IMG/VR virus record: IMGVR_UViG_3300044957_000763
Coordinates: 62,001-126,000 of that record
Reading direction: 5' to 3' (one strand)
Length of the DNA stretch: 64,000 bases
Both the position numbers and the translations under genes were made by a program. The notes under the pieces were generated by a model that was not told the DNA's origin, searched no databases, and saw only the letters and a list, made by a program, of their open reading frames with translations. Positions within the stretch are counted from its first letter, which is position 1; every line of letters begins with the position of its first letter. Of this stretch, positions 34,701-42,153 are shown piece by piece.

Positions 34701-37158
34701 TTCTGTCTGGGTTATAACAAGCATATTCTGCCGGAATAGGTAAGTCAGTATCAGTGGTCAACTCAGTGGGAGTGCTTGAATTCAATTCATACAAGCGACC
34801 GCCATATGTAAACAATTGTCTTAATCCGTCTGCAGAAACATCTTGTAATACTGTGGTTTCAAAGTTCGTAGTATACTGAGTGGTAACCGTAGACGATGTC
34901 GGATTGTAATAGCATATAGCTGTGTTAAACCCTGGCACACTACGTTCAAAATACACTCTATTTAGACTTGCACAATAAATAGCTCTTTTATCTGAAACAA
35001 TTGCCTCGAGTGTTGCTGCTGTTTTGTTACTTCCGTCAAATGAACACAACAACAGTTTTTCTCTACCGATAGTGGAAGTTCTGTTAAATACAATTTGAGA
35101 ACCGTCATAAGACCATGAGCCGCCGTATAAACAATCGACAGTGTCTACTGATTGTGTTTCACCACCCAGCGGGTCTACATACTTAAGACTTCTTCTACCA
35201 AGTTCTGAAGCTGAATCATACACAATGGTCGTACCATCAGGGTCCCATGACAAATAGAATTCAGAATTGCTGTTGTACGTGATTCTATCAAGGTTAGTCC
35301 CAGTGGCTATATCTACACTATATATCTCGAAATTATCTTTGTTAAATGCAACTCGTGTTCCATCTGGTGACCATGCGATTGGTGACGATACTATATTGTT
35401 GCCAACAGCGACTTGAGATGAACCATCGGCGTTCATTACATACAATTTGAAATCATTACCAACTCTATTTGATGCAAAAGCAATTTTTGTACCGTCTGGA
35501 GAAACTGTTGGCCAAATGTTTACTCCAGAAGAGGTCAGTACTGTTTGGTTGGTGCCATCAGTGTGCATTGAGTAAATCTGATGTGCACCGCTTTGGTCGC
35601 TCATATAAATAATGCGTTCACTTACTGGATTGGCCGCATATTTCCAACTTGGAAAAGTACAATCAAATGCATTGTTAATCAATCGTGTTTGACCTGTTCC
35701 ATCTGAGTTGATTTTGTAAATCTGATAGTTCCCATCTTTGTTGGTAGAAAATGCAAGTTTTGAACTGTCTACATTCCATGTTGGTTGCCAACTGACTCCA
35801 GTGTTAGATGTGACAGGTGTTGCTATTCCGATGTTGAGGTCTGAACCAGTTTGGTAAATATTGATATTTCCATCACCACGGTCGCTGCAAAATGCAAAAA
35901 GCTCTCCGGTTCTATCGAATGCAGGGCAAAAACTTTCTGGACTGTTTTCTGTCAGTCTGTTAATTGGTATACCAGTAGACAAACAAGTCATAACAACCCT
36001 ATACTTGCTTCTTATCGAATCATAAATAATTCTCGTTCCATTGTGATTGCCCTGCGGAGAACCATCGTCATAAGCAGAATACGTGATGCGATTAAGGGAT
36101 GTGCCATCACTATTGATTGTGTAGATGTGTTTTGTTGCATTTGCACGTCCAGAAAACACAATGGATGTGCTTGACAACCAGGATGACTCTATGGCATCGC
36201 GGCCAGTTTGAGTTACCCTGGATATACCAGAACCATCGTCATTAATCGTATATATGTCGTAACTTCCTGTTCTGTTTGATGAAAATGCGATTACGTTGGA
36301 TGACGGGTTGTAAGCAGGGTCAATATTGGAAAATCCAGTAGCATCAACGTTAGTAGTACCTGTGCCATTTGATTGAATGTAGTAAATCTGCTCTACATCA
36401 TCCCTGGTACTAACAAAGCAAATTCTGGTGCCGTCGTAATTCCAACATGGTGAATAATCATCACCATCGTAAATAGAAGATGTGCGATTCGTTAGTCTTG
36501 TAAGACCTGTGCCATCAGACTTTATAGTATAAAGTTGCCATCCCGTATGCGCGTCTGAAGCAAACACGATTTTGTTAAAACTAGGGTTTAGAGGATTGGT
36601 AACCTTACACCAATGTGGGTCAATAGCATTATAAGAAGGTTCGGTTAGCGGAATTGCGCCAGTGCCATCGGCGTTAGCGCGATAGATTTGCTTTTTTCCG
36701 GCGCGGTCTGATACAAAAACAATCTGAGTACCGTCATAGTTATAGCTACCACTGTAGCTATCTAATGAGTGTGCAGTGAGTTGTAGTATTTCATTGTTTT
36801 CTTCTCCAGATGAAAAAATGTTTGACTCATTAGCATTGTGTGTCCCCAATGAATATGCGATTCTATACGCATCTACAATGGTTGATTTAATTTCATATCC
36901 AAGCGCAGTTAAGTCAACCCTGGGTGTTACAGTACCATCTTCGTTGATAAGGTCTACACTACTCGGGTCGCACCATACCTGAATAGATTTTGCTGGCGCG
37001 CCGGCAAATCTTAAGCTGACAATTGATTTCACATCCGTATCGTCATCGCCATACGTTCCAGCCTTGTAAGTACCCATATTAAGTACCGACAAGCCATCAT
37101 CTGTTACAATGTAACCAGGACCTGGATAATGTTTGCGCCAACGATAAGAGAATGCCAT
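31732..37158 (-). CDS. 1808-aa TolB/PD40-like multi-beta-propeller protein
   Basis: Dozens of repeats of the form P-x-W/F-S-x-D-G-x-x-I-x-F-x-S-x-R-x-G...IY-x-x-N-x-DG...RLT; non-repeat N- and C-termini; no signal peptide. Confidence 0.9.
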   Translation of the reverse strand: MAFSYRWRKHYPGPGYIVTDDGLSVLNMGTYKAGTYGDDDTDVKSIVSLRFAGAPAKSIQVWCDPSSVDLINEDGTVTPRVDLTALGYEIKSTIVDAYRIAYSLGTHNANESNIFSSGEENNEILQLTAHSLDSYSGSYNYDGTQIVFVSDRAGKKQIYRANADGTGAIPLTEPSYNAIDPHWCKVTNPLNPSFNKIVFASDAHTGWQLYTIKSDGTGLTRLTNRTSSIYDGDDYSPCWNYDGTRICFVSTRDDVEQIYYIQSNGTGTTNVDATGFSNIDPAYNPSSNVIAFSSNRTGSYDIYTINDDGSGISRVTQTGRDAIESSWLSSTSIVFSGRANATKHIYTINSDGTSLNRITYSAYDDGSPQGNHNGTRIIYDSIRSKYRVVMTCLSTGIPINRLTENSPESFCPAFDRTGELFAFCSDRGDGNINIYQTGSDLNIGIATPVTSNTGVSWQPTWNVDSSKLAFSTNKDGNYQIYKINSDGTGQTRLINNAFDCTFPSWKYAANPVSERIIYMSDQSGAHQIYSMHTDGTNQTVLTSSGVNIWPTVSPDGTKIAFASNRVGNDFKLYVMNADGSSQVAVGNNIVSSPIAWSPDGTRVAFNKDNFEIYSVDIATGTNLDRITYNSNSEFYLSWDPDGTTIVYDSASELGRRSLKYVDPLGGETQSVDTVDCLYGGSWSYDGSQIVFNRTSTIGREKLLLCSFDGSNKTAATLEAIVSDKRAIYCASLNRVYFERSVPGFNTAICYYNPTSSTVTTQYTTNFETTVLQDVSADGLRQLFTYGGRLYELNSSTPTELTTDTDLPIPAEYACYNPDRKRIAIIMPGGTGNHPLKPQIFLYTISTQKLTKLTDTDTDKSYISWRSTSPELLYTDEAYPGVHRLHTIKVNGSSMARFISANTDNEPTTEEIGARWCSDGIKVVYCRKVLGDNGGIFVTDGTGPGGNITINTYLTSPVAGHNVDDDITYFSGQDSNYYVSGLYSITGHDDAVRITSLGYNDRFASLSPDSSEIVIQSRFLDVFNSSYGIYTASTLVPWDRTLLRASSAFPDWGTNDKILYTTLTNNAQAGFGFINPDGTGNTSLSTTAEDGQARWSNDATKITFIRSGEVWMCDSDGTNMVQVVTAITPLGNRSPSFTPNDEEIVFEAISQNGNGEIYRVEAKETGDVSAVSFPGKWPRVDPVAGRVMYTKELTASNILVWRNIDGTDEIELTETYSQDTDPRYNRNTNDIVFGSDRNGNHQIYSVNLAGTESQVMSNSYNDKHPYMNTAGSYMVFASDRGTNSNLDIYKRATSGGAVTRLTTNTGEDYHPAWSQDGTKIAFVSTRTGSPQIWIMNDDGTNQTQLSTTGDNDYPAISPDNTQVMFTSNRSGKWELYYVPIGGGTETKVDANGLNVYQADWRSDGNKIVLVAGEDNYRNIYTRNTPLGTVFAPYLLWNSGECGSAYYGESDAKIVFDSNIDGQYEIYKIAATGADNNTIAESSYANAYQPSWSKNGTELAYVSQGNGGVNIYKLNSSSVLSLLTNHYGLLIQSSQPSWEPVDNNARIVYQTNDDSIIYLDIVYGFSFGATSFLNYGVAIMDNDGTGKMFLTDPNTSNSIEPVWNPSGTHVYYSRKVGAGDYEIWKVTPDATGHEVVVSVEGNCRYPCLNPTGTIVVYANDRTGEYQLYSYELATNTETRLTQNTSECTRPTYTPDGDYVVYTRYSPEGEPSLWRLKTDTLEDEEWNNPDGLSIDDASSTYADAFGSTLLQNPDTWANLPTTQDDAIDLGIAYVNPRLIGSSKKLAIAVKPPTGEGPYQLGNLQLKATFRV

Positions 37159-37164
37159 AAAACC

Positions 37165-37194
37165 TAAACCCCTTAGAAGAGTCCAAGGGGTTTA
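37165..37194. promoter_or_regulatory. Intergenic hairpin TAAACCCCTT-N10-AAGGGGTTTA
   Basis: 10-bp perfect stem between the phoH stop and the propeller-gene start, immediately upstream of the latter's ATG; could be a terminator or translational element. Confidence 0.4.
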
Positions 37195-37203
37195 TACATT
37201 GAG

Positions 37204-38595
37204 TTAATGTGCTTCCGGTCGACCAAATATAGCAGATGCGGCGGCTGCCAACGGCGAACGCTCTACCTTGGTCAATTTGACAACAGCGGCCATGTTGCTC
37301 TTTTTGGAGCCAATAGCGGCATGAGATAGACCATTTGAACGATTGTCCAAGAATGGATTTTCTACCTGCGATGGGTCTCCTAGAAGTATGATTTTAGAAT
37401 CTCTTCCGCAGCGTTCGACAACCATTCGTGCCACACGCGGACTGACGTTCTGCAATTCATCTACTATGACTACACTATTTGCAATTGAGCGACCTTGAAT
37501 ATACGCAAGTGCTTCAACTTCAATGATACCTTCGTCTACCATCTGTTCAAATGTTTCGCCTGCTGCGCGACGACGACTGTTAATGAGTTGTTGCACGTTG
37601 TCCTTCATAGGGCCAAGCCAAGCACTAAGTTTTTCGTATTTATCTCCTGGTAATGCACCAATATCTACGCCGCCGACTGGAATATTGGGTTTGATAACTA
37701 CAATCCTGTCGTATGCGCCGTCATTAACTTTTTGCAGTGCTACAGAGAGGCTTAGAATAGTTTTGCCTGTTCCGGCAGGACCTATCAAAACAACCAATGG
37801 AATATCTTCTGCTGCTAATGCCTCCATTGCGAATCTTTGCTCAATATTATGAGGTTTGATTCCCATGAATTCTGGTTTTTGTCCGTGTTTATCTCGGAAT
37901 ACACGAATTTCGTTGTCTCTAAACCAACATGGACAAACTTGTTCACTAAACTTGAACATGACAAATTCGTTGGAATTAAGTTTTGCAATTTGTTCTTGCA
38001 ATTGACTCGTCAACTGCTCTGTTTTAACCACTTCGCCGCTGCCGTACAAATTATTCCAGTCTTCAATGTTATCCAATTCAATGTGAACAACACCATCATA
38101 GATTTCATCTTCAAGCAAATCACTTCGATAGTTTTCTGCCGTACATCCCATTGACTGTGCCCTAACACGTAGCCCTGTGTCTTTTGACACAATTGCAACT
38201 TTTTTGTGACTTTGGGCTTTAAGCATCAAACATGTTTGAATGATAGCATTATCACTGTTAACGCGGACAATTGCAGGCATTTCTCCGCGTTGCACTGGTG
38301 CTTCTGGGTTGTAAATGAATAATCTTCCATTGTGCTCATTAATCACAACTCCTTTTGAAACTAAATCCTCCAAGTTTAGTTTGTCAAGGTGCCTGAAGAC
38401 TTCACGTGCAGCCCAACCAGTAGGGTCTCGACGTGTCTTGAGTTCATCAAGGTCGTCTATTACTGCGAGTGGTAAGTAGATGTCATTGTTCTTGAATTTG
38501 AATAATGCTGATGGGTCATGTATTAAAACGCAAGTATCAACGACGTAGGAGTGTTTAACCAAAGGATTCCTCTTTGTATTTTTTGTGCTTGCCAC
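37204..38595 (-). CDS. phoH: PIN-PhoH (PhoH2/YlaK-type) ATPase
   Basis: N-terminal PIN YVVDTCVLIHDP...NSDN...VSKDTGLR; PhoH GPAGTGKT, YIQGRSI, VDELQN, LGDPSQ; GTG start. Confidence 0.92.
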   Translation of the reverse strand: MASTKNTKRNPLVKHSYVVDTCVLIHDPSALFKFKNNDIYLPLAVIDDLDELKTRRDPTGWAAREVFRHLDKLNLEDLVSKGVVINEHNGRLFIYNPEAPVQRGEMPAIVRVNSDNAIIQTCLMLKAQSHKKVAIVSKDTGLRVRAQSMGCTAENYRSDLLEDEIYDGVVHIELDNIEDWNNLYGSGEVVKTEQLTSQLQEQIAKLNSNEFVMFKFSEQVCPCWFRDNEIRVFRDKHGQKPEFMGIKPHNIEQRFAMEALAAEDIPLVVLIGPAGTGKTILSLSVALQKVNDGAYDRIVVIKPNIPVGGVDIGALPGDKYEKLSAWLGPMKDNVQQLINSRRRAAGETFEQMVDEGIIEVEALAYIQGRSIANSVVIVDELQNVSPRVARMVVERCGRDSKIILLGDPSQVENPFLDNRSNGLSHAAIGSKKSNMAAVVKLTKVERSPLAAAASAIFGRPEAH

Positions 38596-38616
38596 AAATA
38601 CATTTTATTGGTAAAG

Positions 38617-39618
38617 TCATTCACCCACCTGCTCTTTATTGATACGTTGTAAAAAGTCAGAAGCATGCGGGTCGTATTTTACCTGTGGTGTTTTTCGACG
38701 TAAAATTGCTCTCAGTCTTTCAGCTTCTACTTCTTTCATAGTTTTGGTGTCTAGCCAGTTTAGTGCGCCGGCTTGACGGTCTTTCTCCTGTTGTCGTTGT
38801 TGTAACGAGCCATCTCTCAAATCACGCAATGCGTTTTTTACTCCATCTCCAGATACAAAATCTTGAGCGGTATGTAGTGTAGTAGTCTCAAGCAAATCAT
38901 AGTCAACATACATCGCTTTTTGTAACCTGCCTTGCATTACAATGGTTCTGTCTCCAACTTGATACACTTCTTCTTCTGACTTAAAGAAATATGGACATGC
39001 TCGAGGAAAACAAATGTAAATCTTAAATGGAAGAGCATGTCCAATATCACTGCCTGCTGTGAGTCTTCTTACATCATCTTCATCTGGAACCAATGACACT
39101 GCTATTTTAACACCCATATCAGGTACTGCAAAATCCCACTCGTAGTTATGTTGTGGTAGTTCTGGATAGAACGCGGGTGCAATTCCAAGTTCATTTTTTC
39201 GTTCTGAAAGTGCAACAAAAAGACCATACCCTACAGAGTCAGCCGTTGTACCAGGTCTATAGTATCCGAGGTCGTCCCAGTCAATTTCGTATCTCTTACC
39301 ATCAATCTCAATAGAACGAGACTTGTCGGCGCCGCCCGAATCATAGTAACGACGTGCAATTGGGTCGGAAAGGATTGTGTGAGAACGAATTGCTAACTTA
39401 AACAACTCTTCTGCGTTTTCTAGACCTGGGTTATAATCAGGATGATATTTTCGACAGGCGTTTTGGTATGCTCTGTCAAGGATATCAGCTAATACTCTTC
39501 TGTCAGCGGGTGTAGTGCCACTTGGCACGCTTTCGCGAACAAGCCCAAGGACATCGTAATAATCTACAGAGAAGTCTACTAGTTTTTTCGCGTCCATTCT
39601 TTTTGTTGTTGACGACAT
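38617..39618 (-). CDS. J-domain protein with unknown C-terminal region (class C)
   Basis: DYYDVLG...AYQNACRKYHPDYNPG...FKLAIRSHTILSDPIARRYYD. Confidence 0.85.
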   Translation of the reverse strand: MSSTTKRMDAKKLVDFSVDYYDVLGLVRESVPSGTTPADRRVLADILDRAYQNACRKYHPDYNPGLENAEELFKLAIRSHTILSDPIARRYYDSGGADKSRSIEIDGKRYEIDWDDLGYYRPGTTADSVGYGLFVALSERKNELGIAPAFYPELPQHNYEWDFAVPDMGVKIAVSLVPDEDDVRRLTAGSDIGHALPFKIYICFPRACPYFFKSEEEVYQVGDRTIVMQGRLQKAMYVDYDLLETTTLHTAQDFVSGDGVKNALRDLRDGSLQQRQQEKDRQAGALNWLDTKTMKEVEAERLRAILRRKTPQVKYDPHASDFLQRINKEQVGE

Positions 39619-39676
39619 GTGTAAAGTTGTACAGGACTAAGACAAGGTTTATAGTAAGCGAAAATCTAAAAAATCA

Positions 39677-40216
39677 ATGATGTGGTACAAGTTGGCCCAA
39701 TCAATAGAAGAGGATAAAAACACATTTGACCGCCAGACTCTTGATATGACTGGTGGTGTAAGTTCGCGCAAAACTCCCGATGACACTTTACCAGCAATGC
39801 CGGAAATTCAAGAGCCTAATTTAGTACCAGAAATCATTGAAGAAAAACCACAAATTGAAGAAGTCACAGAAATAAATGATGAACAAGGTGATGAGGTCAA
39901 TATTGAAGACACGTTTACAGACTATACACCCCCTAGTTCATCAGAAGAAGACCAAATAGAACAAGTCCAGGATATGTACCGCGCAGAAGATTTGTCTGCG
40001 ATACTAGAGAGTGCTGGAGTTGAATATCCAATGCACGAATCATGCCGATGTAGAATTCAATTTCGACCTGATGACAGTGCTGATGATTTACTAGTCCCAA
40101 GATGGGAAGTTAGCTCTGGTGCATGTAACTATTGCTTGGATGCACAAAGAATGTTTAATCAATATGTTGAGCAGTCGGGCGTTCGTGTACAGGCACCGAA
40201 TAATGTAAACGCTTAG
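39677..40216 (+). CDS. Acidic hypothetical protein with Cys/His motif
   Basis: MMWYKLAQ N-terminus; YPMHESCRC and ACNYC. Confidence 0.65.
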   Translation: MMWYKLAQSIEEDKNTFDRQTLDMTGGVSSRKTPDDTLPAMPEIQEPNLVPEIIEEKPQIEEVTEINDEQGDEVNIEDTFTDYTPPSSSEEDQIEQVQDMYRAEDLSAILESAGVEYPMHESCRCRIQFRPDDSADDLLVPRWEVSSGACNYCLDAQRMFNQYVEQSGVRVQAPNNVNA

Positions 40217-40733
40217 CCTTGTGTATTGGTGATAATACATTGGGTTTAATTTTGATGTCTTTAATTTTTGCTGTTATACCACTGTTCCACTGGTATTTTT
40301 CAGCCAATAGAAAGGCATGTTTAACCAAATCAGTGCCCTGAAGATTCATAACGATAGATTGATGGATGTATTCGTTCCACCATTGCTCTGCATCGTGTTG
40401 TGGTGCGACCATCATCAACACTTGCTCTGCAACACTTAAGGTGTTACTATACGGTGCTGTCAAATCATATAAGACACCATCATACATTAACACATCAACT
40501 GAACCATAAAATTGATGAACATATCCCTCTTCGTCAACTAGATACATTGCATTTGGATTGCAATTGTTAGGGTCTTTGTCCCACGAACACATGATGATTG
40601 CCCCAGACCAAATATCAATATTTGACATGGGAACACATTTCACATCGCCAATTCCAGCCAAGCTGATGATAGTAGGTTTTATGGCCCTTAGTTTAACAGA
40701 GTTTATAGCAAGTGCACCATATGTTTGATACAT
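40155..40733 (-). CDS. Hypothetical protein
   Basis: 192 aa, globular composition, start coupled to the upstream stop. Confidence 0.55.
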   Translation of the reverse strand: MYQTYGALAINSVKLRAIKPTIISLAGIGDVKCVPMSNIDIWSGAIIMCSWDKDPNNCNPNAMYLVDEEGYVHQFYGSVDVLMYDGVLYDLTAPYSNTLSVAEQVLMMVAPQHDAEQWWNEYIHQSIVMNLQGTDLVKHAFLLAEKYQWNSGITAKIKDIKIKPNVLSPIHKAKRLHYSVPVHERPTAQHID

Positions 40734-40735
40734 CG

Positions 40736-41353
40736 TTATGCGTCTCCAAATCTATTAGCCCAAATTGTGTGCACTGTCTTGGTTGAGTCGCCAGGAACCA
40801 AATACATACTCGGTGTCATCCACGCAAGTGCCCATTTTTGCTCGTAGGATGTTCGTAGAGCGCGTTCTACTGGTGTACACGGGGTTCCGTGCCTCGTTTG
40901 ATGAGGTGCGCGTTTTCTGGCTTTTTCGCGCTTGTTTAATATATGGCTGGAAATCTTTGGAGAACCAATGGTGATTAAGTGTATTGAGTCATCATATAAA
41001 GACCGACCATATGGTGTGAATCTTGATTCTTCATATACGATTTTTCCAGAACCAAAACTTGACTCAACTACTGCTTCGATATCTTGTAGTATGGTATTTT
41101 TAGAGTTGATATCATAGATATACCCACTGATATACGATTTTGCCCTACTGTGTGTCTTTTGAGCTATTTGCAATGGGTGTGAGAGCAATAAGGTTTCGAG
41201 TAGCCCTTCGGCTTCTTCTCGGCGGATTTCATCTGGAACAAATACTCTTGGAACATGTGATGCACCAGATAGATAGGCATGAATATAGACCAGTGATTCG
41301 CATTTAGATTTTGAACCAACTGCATTGTCTATCAGTGCAATCAGATTGTTCAT
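40736..41353 (-). CDS. Hypothetical protein
   Basis: 205 aa, tandem with neighbours. Confidence 0.55.
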   Translation of the reverse strand: MNNLIALIDNAVGSKSKCESLVYIHAYLSGASHVPRVFVPDEIRREEAEGLLETLLLSHPLQIAQKTHSRAKSYISGYIYDINSKNTILQDIEAVVESSFGSGKIVYEESRFTPYGRSLYDDSIHLITIGSPKISSHILNKREKARKRAPHQTRHGTPCTPVERALRTSYEQKWALAWMTPSMYLVPGDSTKTVHTIWANRFGDA

Positions 41354-41359
41354 TGCACT

Positions 41360-41620
41360 TTACCATTTGATTTTGGATATGCTTGCTTCAACAATGGGTT
41401 TAAGACTGATATCCGGTGAGTTCAATGCAGCCTTTGTGATTGAACCATGTTCTCGTTCAATCTCTTTCATCACTCGTTTTACACCAAGTGTGACATCTTG
41501 CTCTCTGGGTTTGTTTAATGAGTGTTTCAACAAAAGGTCACGCACAAGACTGGTCGCAAGACTTTCCATAACCTTGCGTGTCGTATCTTCCATTGTTGAA
41601 ACACTTAAACGATACCACAT
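41360..41620 (-). CDS. Small hypothetical protein
   Basis: 86 aa, helical, N-terminus MWYRLS. Confidence 0.55.
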   Translation of the reverse strand: MWYRLSVSTMEDTTRKVMESLATSLVRDLLLKHSLNKPREQDVTLGVKRVMKEIEREHGSITKAALNSPDISLKPIVEASISKIKW

Positions 41621-41624
41621 GTTC

Positions 41625-42020
41625 TTACTTGTTGAGTGCTGGGTCTTCGTTGCTTACGTATGCTACATTTTGACTCGGAACTACAATGACAGTTGTTCCG
41701 GCTTTACCTGTTTCCAGTGACACATTCACTTTGACTGTGTACAGCTTTGAATCAACTAATAGATTCCCACGAAACGGACCTAATCGGTCGTTCTTTCCGT
41801 CTGGTTGGTATGTTTGAATACACCAATGCCCAAATCCCTCATCTCTTATTGAATTATCCATAATCTCTTTCTCTTTTGTTTGACCGACATGTAATTCATT
41901 CATGTCTTGGTGGTTTATTATTAAACTTCGCATATGCAACCTGCATTGCCCATTGCTTTCAACCATATTGTACGGATTTATTTCATGGCTTTTATCACTA
42001 AAATAACAACAGAACCACAA
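41625..42020 (-). CDS. Small hypothetical protein (start uncertain)
   Basis: C-terminal half looks protein-like; true start probably an internal ATG. Confidence 0.4.
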   Translation of the reverse strand: MWFCCYFSDKSHEINPYNMVESNGQCRLHMRSLIINHQDMNELHVGQTKEKEIMDNSIRDEGFGHWCIQTYQPDGKNDRLGPFRGNLLVDSKLYTVKVNVSLETGKAGTTVIVVPSQNVAYVSNEDPALNK

Positions 42021-42153
42021 GGATTTTAGAAACTAATCTTAATCATTTTAACTAAGAAAGATATACATGCCTAAGTAGGGTGACAAACATGCGACAAAAT
42101 TCTAGATGAGACATTCTGAAGGTTTTGAACTCAAAGATGCGATAATCATGTAT

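Noticed and set aside
35604-35611. Second TATAAATA octamer
   Set aside because: It is inside the propeller gene on the antisense strand with no plausible downstream ORF; probably chance.
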